Shown here: one piece after another, positions 10,764 to 22,052 of the stretch
Layout of the letters: each line of letters starts with the position of its first letter
Position numbering within the stretch: position 1 is the first letter of the stretch
Assembly: GCA_010015585.1 (NCBI GenBank)
Contig: ML975162.1
Direction: 5' to 3' (one strand)
DNA length: 64,000 nucleotides
Origin: Eremomyces bilateralis CBS 781.70
Taxonomy: Eukaryota
Made by a program: the position numbers and the translations under genes
The notes under the pieces: generated by a model
Database searches by the model: none
What the model saw: the letters and a program-made list of their open reading frames with translations, nothing else
Told to the model about the DNA's origin: nothing

Positions 10764-13181
10764 CTAGCCATCATAATGATCCGCATCTTTGGCAATCCCC
10801 CACCTCCCCACCTCCTTCATCCCCGCCTCCCCTCCCTCACTCAACTCCGGTCTACCCAAAACACCGGCCACACACTGCCACCCATCCCGTCCACCTCCCC
10901 ATCTAAGCACCTCATTCTTATATCTCTCCCCCGCTTCCCGGCTAATCGCACCATGCGGCAGCCCCGGCTTCTGAAACACGTCCTTCCACACCTTCGCCGC
11001 GATCGCCCGATCGAACAAATACGCATAATACGTCGCCCCATACCCGACCAAATGCCCAAAGAACCCATGATACGACGTCCCCCGCGGCTCTGGCACCGAC
11101 GAGTACTCCTCGTACACCCGCCGATACACCTCCGTCGAGTCAAATGCGCCCCCGCGATTCAGCACCGCCGCCGCCTCCCGCCCATGCAGCCCCGCGTCCA
11201 GCGCGCTCAGCACCACCTGCATCTCGACCTCGCCGGCCTGTACGAGCTTCTCGCGCTCGAGGCGCGTCGCGATGCGCGCGGGGTCGAGCGGCTCGCCGGT
11301 CTCCCAGTGGGTGGCCCAGAGGGCGAGGGCGGCGGGGTCGGTGGCGAAGCGCTCGAAGAGGATGGACGGGAGCTCGGCGAAGTCGGTAGCGCAGCGGGTG
11401 CCGGCGATGTTGTGGAGGGAGGTGCGGCCGAGGAGGGAGTGGATGGCGTGGCCCATTTCGTGGTAGAGGGTGAGGAGGGAGCGAAGGGAGAGGAGGGTGG
11501 GGGGTTGGTTGGAGTTGGCGGAAGGGCGAGGAGGGGGGAAGTCGCAGATGAGGGCGATGGTGGGGAGTTGGTGGAGGGAGTGGGTGGTCGGGTTGTAGGA
11601 GTGGGCCATGCCTTCGGTGGCGGCGTCGACGAGGGAGGAGAAGGAGGGGGTGGCGGTGGGGGATTCGGTGGCGAGGTCGGCGAGTTCGGTCGAGGGGATC
11701 TCGCGGCTACAGCGGAGGGTGAAGTGCGCCGGATGGGGGGATTTGCCTTCGCGGGTGAAGAGATCGCAGTACATGACGCCGATGTGGCCGTCGTTTTCGT
11801 CCATGACATCGAGTCGACGGACAGACGGATCCCAGGTCTCTCCAGGGGCAGCCTCGCGAGGGACAAGACGCACGCCGTAGAGTCGGCTGAATATACGCGA
11901 CAGTCCCTGCATGACGGAACCAAGCGAGAAGTAGGCGGTCAGTGTGTCCGGGGTAGGGATACGCGACCTGAGTGAGAATAATCGGTTGGTGTAATAGTCG
12001 CGGTCCCATGCATTGATCGTCTCAGGGAAAAGGGTACTTCCGTGCGCATCAGATTTCTTGAGCTCCAGTAAACTCTGAAGCTCTTCGCGGACCTTGGGTC
12101 TAATTGAGGTGGACAGAGCATGCAGGAACTGGTTCACTGCTTCGGGTGTTCGTGCCATCTTGTCGGAGAGTGCCATATGCGCATAGCTGTCGTATCCCGA
12201 AACCTGTGCGACTTGGGCACGTTTCTGTAGGAGGACTTCCAGGCGATGGATGGTCGATGGTGAGGCCTTTCTACTTGCCATGTAAACCTCCCTTCGCGTA
12301 TCGGGATCCTCTACCATGCGAAGGGCCTTTGTTGTAGTACTTCCGAAGGACGGTAAGATGCTTTTGCCCCACGAGCTGATCTGTTTGATGGACACAGGAT
12401 CGAGCCCCTTGAGCTTCTTCGTGTTGATCTGGATGTATTCCATTTCCGGAGACATGCGCTCCACAAAGTCGGCTCCGACCTCAGCAATCTCACTAGATAG
12501 CTCTACAAACTGTCTGCGGACGTCATCCGGAAGATCGATGGCGGATTTGGCAAAGTCGCGCATCAGAATCTCCGCGACGACCTTCTCCTCGTGCGACCAA
12601 GCCGATCGTACCTCGGGCATGGACCAAGCCTTTTTCAGTTGCTCGTTCAGCCCGGTTGTGGTGTTCAGCTGGTTCATATATTCGAACATCATCGCGTATG
12701 CGTTGGAAGCGGCGGTTTGATACCGTCGATCCGGATGAGACGACCGGACAAAGTCCGCCAAGTCAATGACTCTGCAAAGTAGGTCGCTCAGCCTGTCCAA
12801 TTCTCGGGCCATGCCCTTGTACTCTTCCAGCGTCGAAGCTGCTAGCACTCGGTCTACTAGCTTGGAGCATCTCTTGAGCGTGACCGCAGCGAAGGCCTGA
12901 AAGCCATCCGGGCTCTTCAGGTACCGGTTATGGAAAAGTCCGCGATGCTCGTTCCGAAGCTGTTCTTCGGCTTTTTGAGAGAACTCCCTCCAGAACGAAG
13001 GGGAATCAAATATGAGCCGGAGGTTGGTATCATCCTGTGTGGTTGCCGCCGAGTAGTTTGGTTGCCATATGGAGGATCTTGCGGCGTCGACAGCAGCAGC
13101 GGCGCTACTCGCACTCCGCGTTTGTATGCGCTGAAGGCATTTGGCGCATGTCCACGACTGCTTTTGCAGAGATTTCAGCAT
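10764..13181 (-). CDS. OCT1: mitochondrial intermediate peptidase (peptidase M3A)
   Basis: 805-aa intronless ORF with LDRLSDLLCRVIDLADFVR, HFTLRCSR, zinc motif HEMGH, GTRCATDFAELPS and FGHLVGYGATYYAY; presequence-like N-terminus. Confidence 0.95.
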   Translation of the reverse strand: MLKSLQKQSWTCAKCLQRIQTRSASSAAAAVDAARSSIWQPNYSAATTQDDTNLRLIFDSPSFWREFSQKAEEQLRNEHRGLFHNRYLKSPDGFQAFAAVTLKRCSKLVDRVLAASTLEEYKGMARELDRLSDLLCRVIDLADFVRSSHPDRRYQTAASNAYAMMFEYMNQLNTTTGLNEQLKKAWSMPEVRSAWSHEEKVVAEILMRDFAKSAIDLPDDVRRQFVELSSEIAEVGADFVERMSPEMEYIQINTKKLKGLDPVSIKQISSWGKSILPSFGSTTTKALRMVEDPDTRREVYMASRKASPSTIHRLEVLLQKRAQVAQVSGYDSYAHMALSDKMARTPEAVNQFLHALSTSIRPKVREELQSLLELKKSDAHGSTLFPETINAWDRDYYTNRLFSLRSRIPTPDTLTAYFSLGSVMQGLSRIFSRLYGVRLVPREAAPGETWDPSVRRLDVMDENDGHIGVMYCDLFTREGKSPHPAHFTLRCSREIPSTELADLATESPTATPSFSSLVDAATEGMAHSYNPTTHSLHQLPTIALICDFPPPRPSANSNQPPTLLSLRSLLTLYHEMGHAIHSLLGRTSLHNIAGTRCATDFAELPSILFERFATDPAALALWATHWETGEPLDPARIATRLEREKLVQAGEVEMQVVLSALDAGLHGREAAAVLNRGGAFDSTEVYRRVYEEYSSVPEPRGTSYHGFFGHLVGYGATYYAYLFDRAIAAKVWKDVFQKPGLPHGAISREAGERYKNEVLRWGGGRDGWQCVAGVLGRPELSEGGEAGMKEVGRWGIAKDADHYDG

Positions 13182-13435
13182 CTTGAAGTGCTGTCGATTC
13201 TCCGCACCGTCTTTGCGGCACTAGCAATAGTAAGGAGGACAAACAACCAAGAAATGGAAAGTTCCAAGATGTTGAATTCTTGGTTCTTGAATCCTTGACT
13301 CTTGTTACTTGAATACTTGATTACTTGTACTCACCATCGCGCACGGGCCATTCCATACAAAGATCTCATGTTCCTCGGGCAGCAACTTCCGAAGCTTCTC
13401 GACTGTGACCCATTGTGTTTGAAGGAAACGTAAAG

Positions 13436-14287
13436 ATGGCGGCTAGTTTTGTCCTGAGACCCGTAGGTGTTATCTCTGGTCCGTTGATGAGCGATTGATG
13501 CTAATTCCTTGCTCCAGAAATTTCTCGTCCGGGCCGCAGTTCTCTCTGCTGGTGCCTTTGCGGCAACCGGACAGACGGCACATGCAGAGGAGGCATCAGG
13601 TTCTCCGTCACAATTAACTGGCGTATGTGTTCCCGATATCAGCTCATATATAGTTTTCTAAATGGATAGAAGCTCCCCCGCAAGCCAATCTACGATGACG
13701 ACCTTCCCACCGAGTCCGCGGCTCCGTCCCTCATCCACGCAGAACCCTTCTCTCCATCCACGAAGCGTGGTCCCACCCCGACCGATCGCCTCGCCTCCTA
13801 TGTCAAAGAGGTCCGGTTGCAACTCTACAACGGCGCCTCGGCCACCGAAGATTACACCAACAAAACACTCACATCCGCCCTCAACATGGAGAACACGATA
13901 GCCACCACCATCGCGTCCCTCGCCCCTCCGCAAGGGTCACAAGAGCGCCTCGTCCCCGGCCTCCTAACCGTCCTCCTCTCCGTCATGGGCTCGTCAATCC
14001 TCGCTCGGAACCGAAACATCTTCTTGCGCGCCTCGTTCCCGGTCGCCGTGGGTGTCGGAACCATGTCATACATTCTACCCGCGACAAGCCGCAATGTCGA
14101 AGGGTTGGTGTTGAAATGGGAAGAGAAGGTGCCGGGGCTGAAGGAGGGGCATGAGGCGACGAAAGAGCGGGTAGAGCGGTTCATTAGCACCGGTAGGGCG
14201 CATGCAGGGATGGGTGTGGCCATGTTGGAAGAGAAGATTGGCGATGGGCGCAAAGCGGTGGAAGAATGGGTCAGCAAGGGCAGGTAG
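13436..14287 (+). CDS. MIC26: MICOS subunit Mic26/Mic27 (ApoO family), 3 exons
   Basis: Short exons from ATG 13436 splice into RKPIYDD...PTPTDRLA...ERLVPGLLTVLLSVMGSSILARNRNIFLRASFP...EEWVSKGR. Confidence 0.85.
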
Positions 14288-15100
14288 AGGTTGTCTACCA
14301 CAAATAGAAAGCGGCGTCCCTTCCATGTAAAGCATGTTTTATTATGAGCCATCGACGAGCCCATTGACAGGTGTTGTACTAGATCCATCATCAGCTTGTC
14401 CATATTATAAAGTTGGACTAAAGTGTACACCAGTGCTTAGACTCGAACCTACGACCTTCGAGTTCATTATCTGACCAGAAAATTCCACCAGATTTTACCC
14501 CTATCTACACTGGTACTTCCCAGACGCTCACACTCCCGCTACCCCTTACACCCTTTCTATACCCTCTCACGCCCTCCACGTCTTATCTGGCGAAGCTAAA
14601 AGTATCAAAAATGAAAAGAGCCCAAAAAAGTGGTCTCTATGGTAGCTACCAGTAGAAGGAGGTTTCATTTTTGGCCCGTTTCTGGCATGTACAGGTTAGC
14701 CCCCCCAGCGGGATCAGACAGCGTAATGAAGTAGATTACCCCAGTGGCCGATTCCAAAGGGGGGAGCTACTCACACTGCGAGACTCGTGCTGATCTTAGT
14801 TGAAATTGAGCATTTAAAAATTATAAACAGAAAACATAGACGGCGGGCCTTGGGAATCAATTCACCCACCATCTGCGATTGCCGGCTGAGATGGTCCTTT
14901 CATTTTCATTTCAGGCACTCCTCTTTCTTGTCATTGCATTGGTTCCATTTTTATTACATCGTGTTTGCCTCATTACTGTCATTTCGTTGCGGAACATAGA
15001 GCATACAGCCCCTTTTCACATCCCCTTCCCTCCCTGAATCAATACAACCCCTCGAACTCCTACCACCACCCAGCATTTCCCCCTCAAACAACCGCCCTTC

Positions 15101-16099
15101 CTACGCTAGCCCGAATTGTTCCTAAACACAATCAGCACATCTCAAACCAACCCCCCTTCCATCCATACCTTCAACTCCTGCACATCTCCCCCACTCATCC
15201 GAACCCCCTCCTCAATCTCCGCCCACAAATCCCCCGCAATCTTCCTCCTCCGCCCCTCAATCGCCCTCCAATTTCTCACCGCCGCCTCAACCCTCACCCG
15301 CTCCGCCTCCGGTACCGCCGCGACTTCCCCGCCGCGCAATTTCTCTAGCTTAGCCGTCAGACTCGCTTTCTCCGCCTCGCGCGTCGCGATGCTGGTTAGG
15401 AGTTCGGTGGGGGATTGCTCGGATGATAGGGCTTGGAGTTGGGATTTGAGGGTGGTTGATTGGGAGCGCAGGTCGGTGACTTCGTCGCGGAGGGTGGTGA
15501 TTTGGGCGTCGAGGTCGGCGAGGGCGTCGGGGGAGCAGTCGTCTGTAGTGGTCTTGGGGGTTAGTTCACGGATGACTACTATGATGGGACACGGGGGGAT
15601 ACCTGGATGGCGTGATAGACGAGTTGCTTTCCTGTGAATCCTGTCATTATGCATGGTCAATCTGACTCGGAGACTGGAAAGAGTTACCAGCCGCTCGGCC
15701 TTCGATCGTTTTCCGCTCATGGAGGTCCTTGAGGACCTTCACCGCGACGGCTGCTAGGGTAAGCATCGAATACGCTCAATCACTCTCGCTTTCACAATCA
15801 CTGACTCTTAGTGACCTTGTTATGCAGGTTCGCTGAGATATCAATGGCCTCACACGTCATTAGCCCGATTGACTTCACTTGTGACCAGACTTCTCACTGA
15901 ATATGGCCGACTGAATTCAGTCAGCTCCAGCTCTTTTACAGGTAGGGTTAAAGAAATAACTCACTTCTGCTTCCGAAGATAGGTGAGGATCATATCGGCG
16001 GCTACCATTGCTCGTCAGAAGAAGCAATGAGTACCGTGCTCACTGATGTGTACCTTGGTCGCCAGACGCCTTCGCCTCCTTCTCCTTGCGAGGAGCCAT
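15101..16099 (-). CDS. HOP2: meiotic recombination protein Hop2/TBPIP, ~8 exons including a 13-nt micro-exon
   Basis: Spliced product MAPRKEKEAKASGDQAADMILTYLRKQNRPYSAIDISANLHNKVTK...GKQLVYHAIQ, then a coiled coil, ending ELKEQFGLA*. Confidence 0.88.
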
Positions 16100-16487
16100 T
16101 CTTCCGCAACCGTTGGAACAAGTGGTTAGAAACTGCAATATGGTAATTAAAGTTGGATATCAGAGGTAATGAAACATTTATCTACAATTCGAGAGGTAGG
16201 TAGTCAAGCAAAATGTGTAGGATGAAGTGCGTTTAGACTCTTGCTGCCTCAGGCTTGGTTTCACCCTTTGAACAAAAGCAGCCGAGACGATATTCGCTAC
16301 ATCAGGTCAGTGTTCACTCTCTAAGTTTTCCTCCGCTGTTACTCCCATCTAGTCCTCCCGAGTGCTATGTGATTTTCATGGCGACAGTGAACCGTCTTAC
16401 GCCCCTTTCACTCATTAAACTCCACAAACAATCTCCAATCTTCAGCATATCCAAGGCTGATATTCAAAAGCTGGAACTCATGCTCGC

Positions 16488-18125
16488 TCAATCAAAGTTC
16501 ACCACGTTGACCTTCGCCCTCGCCAAAAACACCCCGTCCTTGGACCGCTGGACCGCGACGTTCCGCAGCGCATACAGACTGTCGAGGAACGCAATGCCAA
16601 AAGTCCCAGGCCCCACAACGCCCGGTTTGGCGGCTGCCACCTCGGCCGCGATCTCGAAGAACAGAACGCCGGCCATCGCAGCGAGCAGCTTATCCTCCTT
16701 TGCGACAGCTAGACACGCCGCGATGGTTGTCCCGAGCGTGCATCCGCTGCCCGTGATGCTCCCTAGGAACTCATGACCATTCTCAATCGTGAAGGTTCGC
16801 CGACCGTCGCTGATCACGTCGGTCTTGCCGGTCATGAGGACCACGCAGCCTTCCCGCAACGCCAGATCCCGGACCAGGCGTGCCTTTTCCTCGAGGGTGG
16901 ACGTGCTGACCCCGCTGTCGACGCCGCGTTGCTGCACGTCCGTCACGCCGTACACCGTGGTGATCTCCCCCTCGTTCCCTTTAATCAGGTCAAAGTACGC
17001 CTCGTTCATCAGCTTCTTCACCGTCGCCCTCCGCAGCCCCGTGGCGCCTGCCCCTACCGGATCAAAGACCACTGGCCCGCCCACTGCGTTGTACGCCTGC
17101 GCCGCCGTGATGTACGCCGCGATGCTTTCCGGAGTGACCGTCCCCATGTTGACGACCAGCGACCCGCCCAGCCGTGCCAGGTCGACGGCTTCCGCGGCTT
17201 GGGTCGACATGATCGGGCTGCCGCCGATGGCGATGGCAACGTTGGCGGCGAAGTTCTGGACCACGGTGTTGGTCATGTTGTGGCAGAGGGGGTTTTGCGT
17301 GGCCACGCGCTCGATCACGGAGAGGAATGGCGTCTGCTGGGAGAGGGCGTCGAGGATGTTTGTTTGGGTTAGAGCGCCGATGAATGGAGGGGGGTGGGCA
17401 AGCGAATGCCGGAACTGTTTGGCGGCCACTTTGGGGTCCGCGGCGGCGATGATTGCACTGACAACTGCTACTCCATCCAAACGTGTGCTGTCTAAGACCG
17501 ATAGCTGGAAGTTCACGCGTTCGACGTTCGACAGATTGATACCGCCAATGCAAACAGCCTTCACCTCCCTGTTTTCTTGGTGCAATGCGCGCAAGACCTC
17601 TCTCGTCCCCGCCACACCGATGATGGATTTCGCATTCTCTTTCGTCGGCGTGGCATAGACCGTCCCGACGCCAACATAGTCCGCTCCCTGGCGGGCGGCC
17701 GTCAGCGCCTCTTCCACACTGCACGCGGTCACGCCGATGATGGCGTCGTCGCCGAGCATTTTCCGCGCGGTCGGTAGGTCGATGTCATCTTGTCCAATAT
17801 GGACGCCGTCGGCGCCAGCGGCAAGGGCGACGTCGATTCGGTCATTGATGAGGAGGGGGATGCCATGGGCCTGGGTGACTTTTAGTAATTTCTTTGCATT
17901 GGCGACTTGCACAGCGGCGTCGCTGTCTTTGTCGCGGTATTGGACGATCGTGACTCCTGATTATGATGGTTAGTATCTATTAGTGGGATGAGGATCGGGG
18001 TTGTAGGACACACCTCCTTCCACGGCTTTTCGCACGATTTCTACTAGATCTCTGCTTCCGAGAATCTTCTCGGTGGAGTCTGTGACGAGGTATAGCTCGT
18101 AGTTGACCTCGGACTTCTTCATCAT
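16488..18125 (-). CDS. THI6: bifunctional thiamine-phosphate synthase / hydroxyethylthiazole kinase; one intron ~17958-18012
   Basis: YELYLVTDS...GVTIVQYRDK, LLINDRIDVALA, GVHIGQDD (ThiE); HNMTNTVVQNFAAN, FDPVGAGAT, ITGSGCTLG (ThiM). Confidence 0.95.
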
Positions 18126-18951
18126 TAATTTCCCAGGCGTTCTCGTCACCGCTTAGGGATTTTACAACGATTGTTCTCTTTCTAATTGATATTTGTGGAA
18201 TGATTGTGATCCGGAAACCCTTCCGTAACACTTAGGAAGAGGATATCTGGGCATCCGGATATTCAGATATCGTCCTTCCCTAGGGGACCCTATGCATCCA
18301 TCACAGTGGCCCAGCCCAATCACGGCCAGCGTCCTTTACAAACAACCCGGATATTCAGTAATAATCATCTCCAGGTAATAGATCGAGATAAGAGACACAG
18401 TCATGCCCGGGATTATTCCAGGGAAATAATTATAACTATTCATAATTCACTGTCCTATTTGAACCTGACACTGCAGTAGGTGGGGATGGACGGCCTTGTT
18501 GGCGAATCGGTTGTCGACAAGCTGCCGTTCTGCCGTGTTTTCCAGAATTGCAGTTTTCCACCACCAACGACGGCGAAGAGAAAAATCATCCTGATTGGAT
18601 CAGCATATCAGGCATCAAGGCATCAAGGCGCCCACATCCATTTCCGTTCCCTTAAATTCTCCCATTGCCTCCCGACTTCCCTTTCTCCGCTTCCACCTTA
18701 TTCTTTGCAACAAACCATCGATCCTTTGATCAGATTTTCATCATCATCTACCTCTCAATCCCATTCTTGGACGCAAAAACGCCCAGGAACATTCCGTCCG
18801 ACTGCTTCTGCCCTCGCACACAAGTCGTTTCTTGAACGCTTTCAACACACGGCGAACAACTTGCTCGGCCTTTCCCCGCGGCACCTTCTCTTTGACCTTA
18901 CCATCCATCGGAATCCCTCGCCTTCAATACAGTTCGACGACATCGGGGTTT

Positions 18952-19220
18952 ATGTATTCGACCCGTGACCACGCTTTCCGTCTCCAACCTCCTCCTGATC
19001 TGGATCCTCTTCGCATACCGAGAGGACCAAATCGTATCCGGCACAGTACGAACGGGTGACTATAGGGCACCGTATCTAACGTTTCATATGAATCTTGATT
19101 GATATCCGATCCACCGGAACCCTTATGCTACCGACGAGCTGTATGTCTTTTTGTAGCCTGAACAGCACGAGTCACTCTCTTGGTCGTCCGCTCTCGCTCC
19201 AGCCTCAATCCTCCCACTAA
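18952..19220 (+). promoter_or_regulatory. cluster of poor-context uORFs in the eIF5 leader
   Basis: uORFs 18952-19059 (tttATGt), 19088-19102 (catATGa) and 19125-19220 (cttATGc). The main start is gtcaaaATGG. Confidence 0.7.
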
Positions 19221-19252
19221 ACGATATCTCCGTCGTCAACCGAACCGTCAAA

Positions 19253-20569
19253 ATGGCCACCGTCAACATTCGCCGCGATGTCACCGATCCCTTCTACCGC
19301 TACAAGATGGAGAAACTCCAGTCTAAGATCGAAGGGAAAGGAAACGGTATCAAGACCGTCATCGTCAACCTCAGCAGCGTGAGCAACTCGCTCGCCCGTC
19401 CTCCTTCCTACGTCATCAAATACTTCGGCTTCGAACTTGGTGCGCAAACCAACACCAACCCCGCCGATGATCGTTGGATCATCAACGGTGCCCACGAAGC
19501 CTCCAAGTTGCAAGACTACCTCGATGGTTTCATCTCCCGGTTCGTTCTCTGCAAGAAATGCAAGAACCCTGAGACCGATGTGCACATTAAAGACGGCCGC
19601 ATCATCCTCGATTGCAAGGCCTGCGGCCAACGCACCGACGTCGACATCCGCCTGAAACTCAGCTCGTTCATCCTCAAGAACGAGACGGTCAAGGGCAAGA
19701 AGGACAAAGCCACCAAGAAAGCGGAGCGCAAGGCCCGAAAGGAGGCCAAGGCGAATGGTGAGGATGATGGTTCTCCCAAGGGCAGTCCCAATGACAGCAA
19801 CTCCGACAAGGAGGAGGAAAACGGCGACGTCGAGATCGATGCCGGAAGCGACGACGAGCTGACTCGCCGCATCAAAGCGGGTGCTCTCCAGATCCACGAG
19901 TCGGACACTAAGGAGATCAAATGGTCCGTGGACACATCCGAGGAGGCGGTCAAGGCTCGTGCCAACCAACTCCCGGATGACCTGAAGCGTACGGTGGTTG
20001 TCAATGACGAAGACGACGATGGCGAGAGTGGAGAAAACGTGTACGACGTGTTGGGAAGCTGGATCCAAGAGCAGGCGAAGGAGAAGGGTGGCGTTACCGA
20101 GCTGAAAGATGTTGACGTCTACCTGAAGGCCAAGGAGCTCGGGATTGAGACCAAGCATAAGACCCTGACTGTCCTGGCTCAGACCATCTTCGACGACGGT
20201 ATCGTCAAGGAGATCGAGCCACGTAGCTCCATGCTCAAGACGGTGTGTACTCTCTTCCTATTATATTTTGCATATGCTAATAGTGCCATCTAGATGATCA
20301 AGGACAATGAGCGACACCAGAAGGCGTTCCTCGGCGGCATCGAGCGCTTGGTCGGCAGAGATCGCCCGAACCTCATCCCTCAGGTCTCGGCCATCTTGAT
20401 GAAGTTGTACGACAACGATGTCATCTCCGAAGAGGTCCTACAGGCCTTTGGGAACAAGGCCAGCAAGAAATACGTCGACATCTCTACGAGTAGGAAGGTG
20501 CGCAAGTCGGCGGAGCAGTTCATCCAATGGCTTGAGAATGCAGAGAGTGATGACGATTCGGAGGAGTAG
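19253..20569 (+). CDS. TIF5: translation initiation factor eIF5; intron 20243-20293
   Basis: [39 protein letters not shown], zinc ribbon [15 protein letters not shown]2 domain ending [16 protein letters not shown]. Confidence 0.97.
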
Positions 20570-21153
20570 AAATGGATCGATGGTGTGCAAAGCTACCTGT
20601 CTGCCTGGCTTGGGTCATTCGGTCCTAGACACGTGCAACGGTGCTTTGCCTACCCACCGACCTGGTTGTGCTGAAAATGGACTATCGACGGTTCTATTGT
20701 TGGGTTTACGCAAATCTTCACTCTCTCCTATCGTCTTTCATAGTCCTTAATCCCCTGTATACGAACAGAATCACATTATTCCTCCGATGCATCGTTCCAC
20801 TCTCTTTAGTATTCAATAGCGTAGCAATCAGATAGCTTCGAAAAGTTTGCCTCTTCTTTTCTGCATTCCGGTCAGGCGTGGCGGTGGTGATCAGTCCGTT
20901 GATCGCGTGAAGTTGACCGCCTCCCATGTGATCGATAATGTTGAAGTCGACCGGTAGTTTCGGGTCCCATCCGAATCACCGATACAAGTGGTGTGAACGT
21001 GCCAATTGTGATGCGAGCGATGGGTGTCCTTAAAGTTTGAACCAGACTTCGCCATTCCGTACCCAGTCCACCCAACCCTACCATAACTCTACCATTCCTT
21101 AACTCCAATCTCCAATTCCCTATCCGTATATCCGCGACATATACCAAATTATT

Positions 21154-21691
21154 ATGGACGGCCCCATACGAAGCGCATCCGCCCTCAATGGTATAAATCC
21201 TATGCTTCCCATGCTAAAAGATGCTAAACCCTCCAGATCGAATCAACCGCCTAACCAAATCCCTCGTCGAGCGTTTTGAGAACCTCGTCGCCCTCTCCGC
21301 TGTAAGCTGCCCACCCCACCCAGCATTCCTTCTCTACCTCACCTAACCTCTCCGGCTCCTTTTTAGGTCGACGAAACCGATTTCGGCGCATCTGCGCTCG
21401 CAGGCCATCAGATCCGGGTGGAGTCCGCTGCGCTGGTAAGATCCCCTCTGTTCCTTCGTTGAATGCCAGGAGGATGGCCACGCTAATGGTCCGCAGGTCC
21501 GTGCGGGGGAGGATATCCTAACCTTGACACGGCAGATGCAGGAACTCTGGCTGTTCGGCCAATTGAACGTGCTGGAGCGGCAGCAGTCGCTGCCGTCGGC
21601 GCAAGAAAACGCGAGGGTGGTTGGGGAGTTGTTGGAGACGTTCGCGCGGAGTCATTATGAGCCGGCGGCGGCGAAGGTTGCGGATGGATGA
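21154..21691 (+). CDS. MED22: Mediator subunit Med22/Srb6, 4 exons
   Basis: Manual splice gives ...DRINRLTKSLVERFENLVALSA|VDETDFGASALAGHQIRVESAAL|VRAGEDILTLTRQMQELWLFGQL..., matching the Med22 pattern. Not in the ORF track. Confidence 0.75.
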
Positions 21692-22052
21692 GGAGAGGAG
21701 AGGATATTTGGTTTTTGAACTAGATACTGGCTGGATGGGAATATCTCCCGATATGCGAGGGGAAGCCCGATGCAGATACGCTTCAGGAAAGAGCGGGCGG
21801 AGGGGTACGGATTGAACAAAGGGCGGAGCGGAGACGAGAAGTCAGCGGAGCACGCAATCCCGCCGTACGCCAAAATACCACAGTTTAAGTGCGGCCTCCA
21901 GAACCATTATTAAAATGGGCCCAAACAATGCATTTCGACCTCCATGACTCCATCGAACATCAAAATGATCGTCTAACACTACATCCCTCAAATCCCACAC
22001 AATGAGCGTGGCACGCCCCGTCTTCGAAACGGCAAAGCCTTCGTCGGCTGCC

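Noticed and set aside
10776..11975. Long antisense or alternative-frame ORFs (also 19217-20158, 16789-17658, 53766-54689, 63174-63992)
   Set aside because: They are shadows of real GC-rich, skewed genes, with low-complexity translations and no family motifs.
14430..14476. tRNA gene (minus-strand AAGGTCGTAGGTTCGAGTC)
   Set aside because: T-loop/B-box-like only; the T stem is imperfect and no D arm or acceptor stem can be built. At most a relic.
18126..18480. TPP riboswitch at THI6
   Set aside because: No CTGAGA...ACCTGA aptamer core is seen. Only a repeated CCGGATATTCAG of unknown meaning is present.
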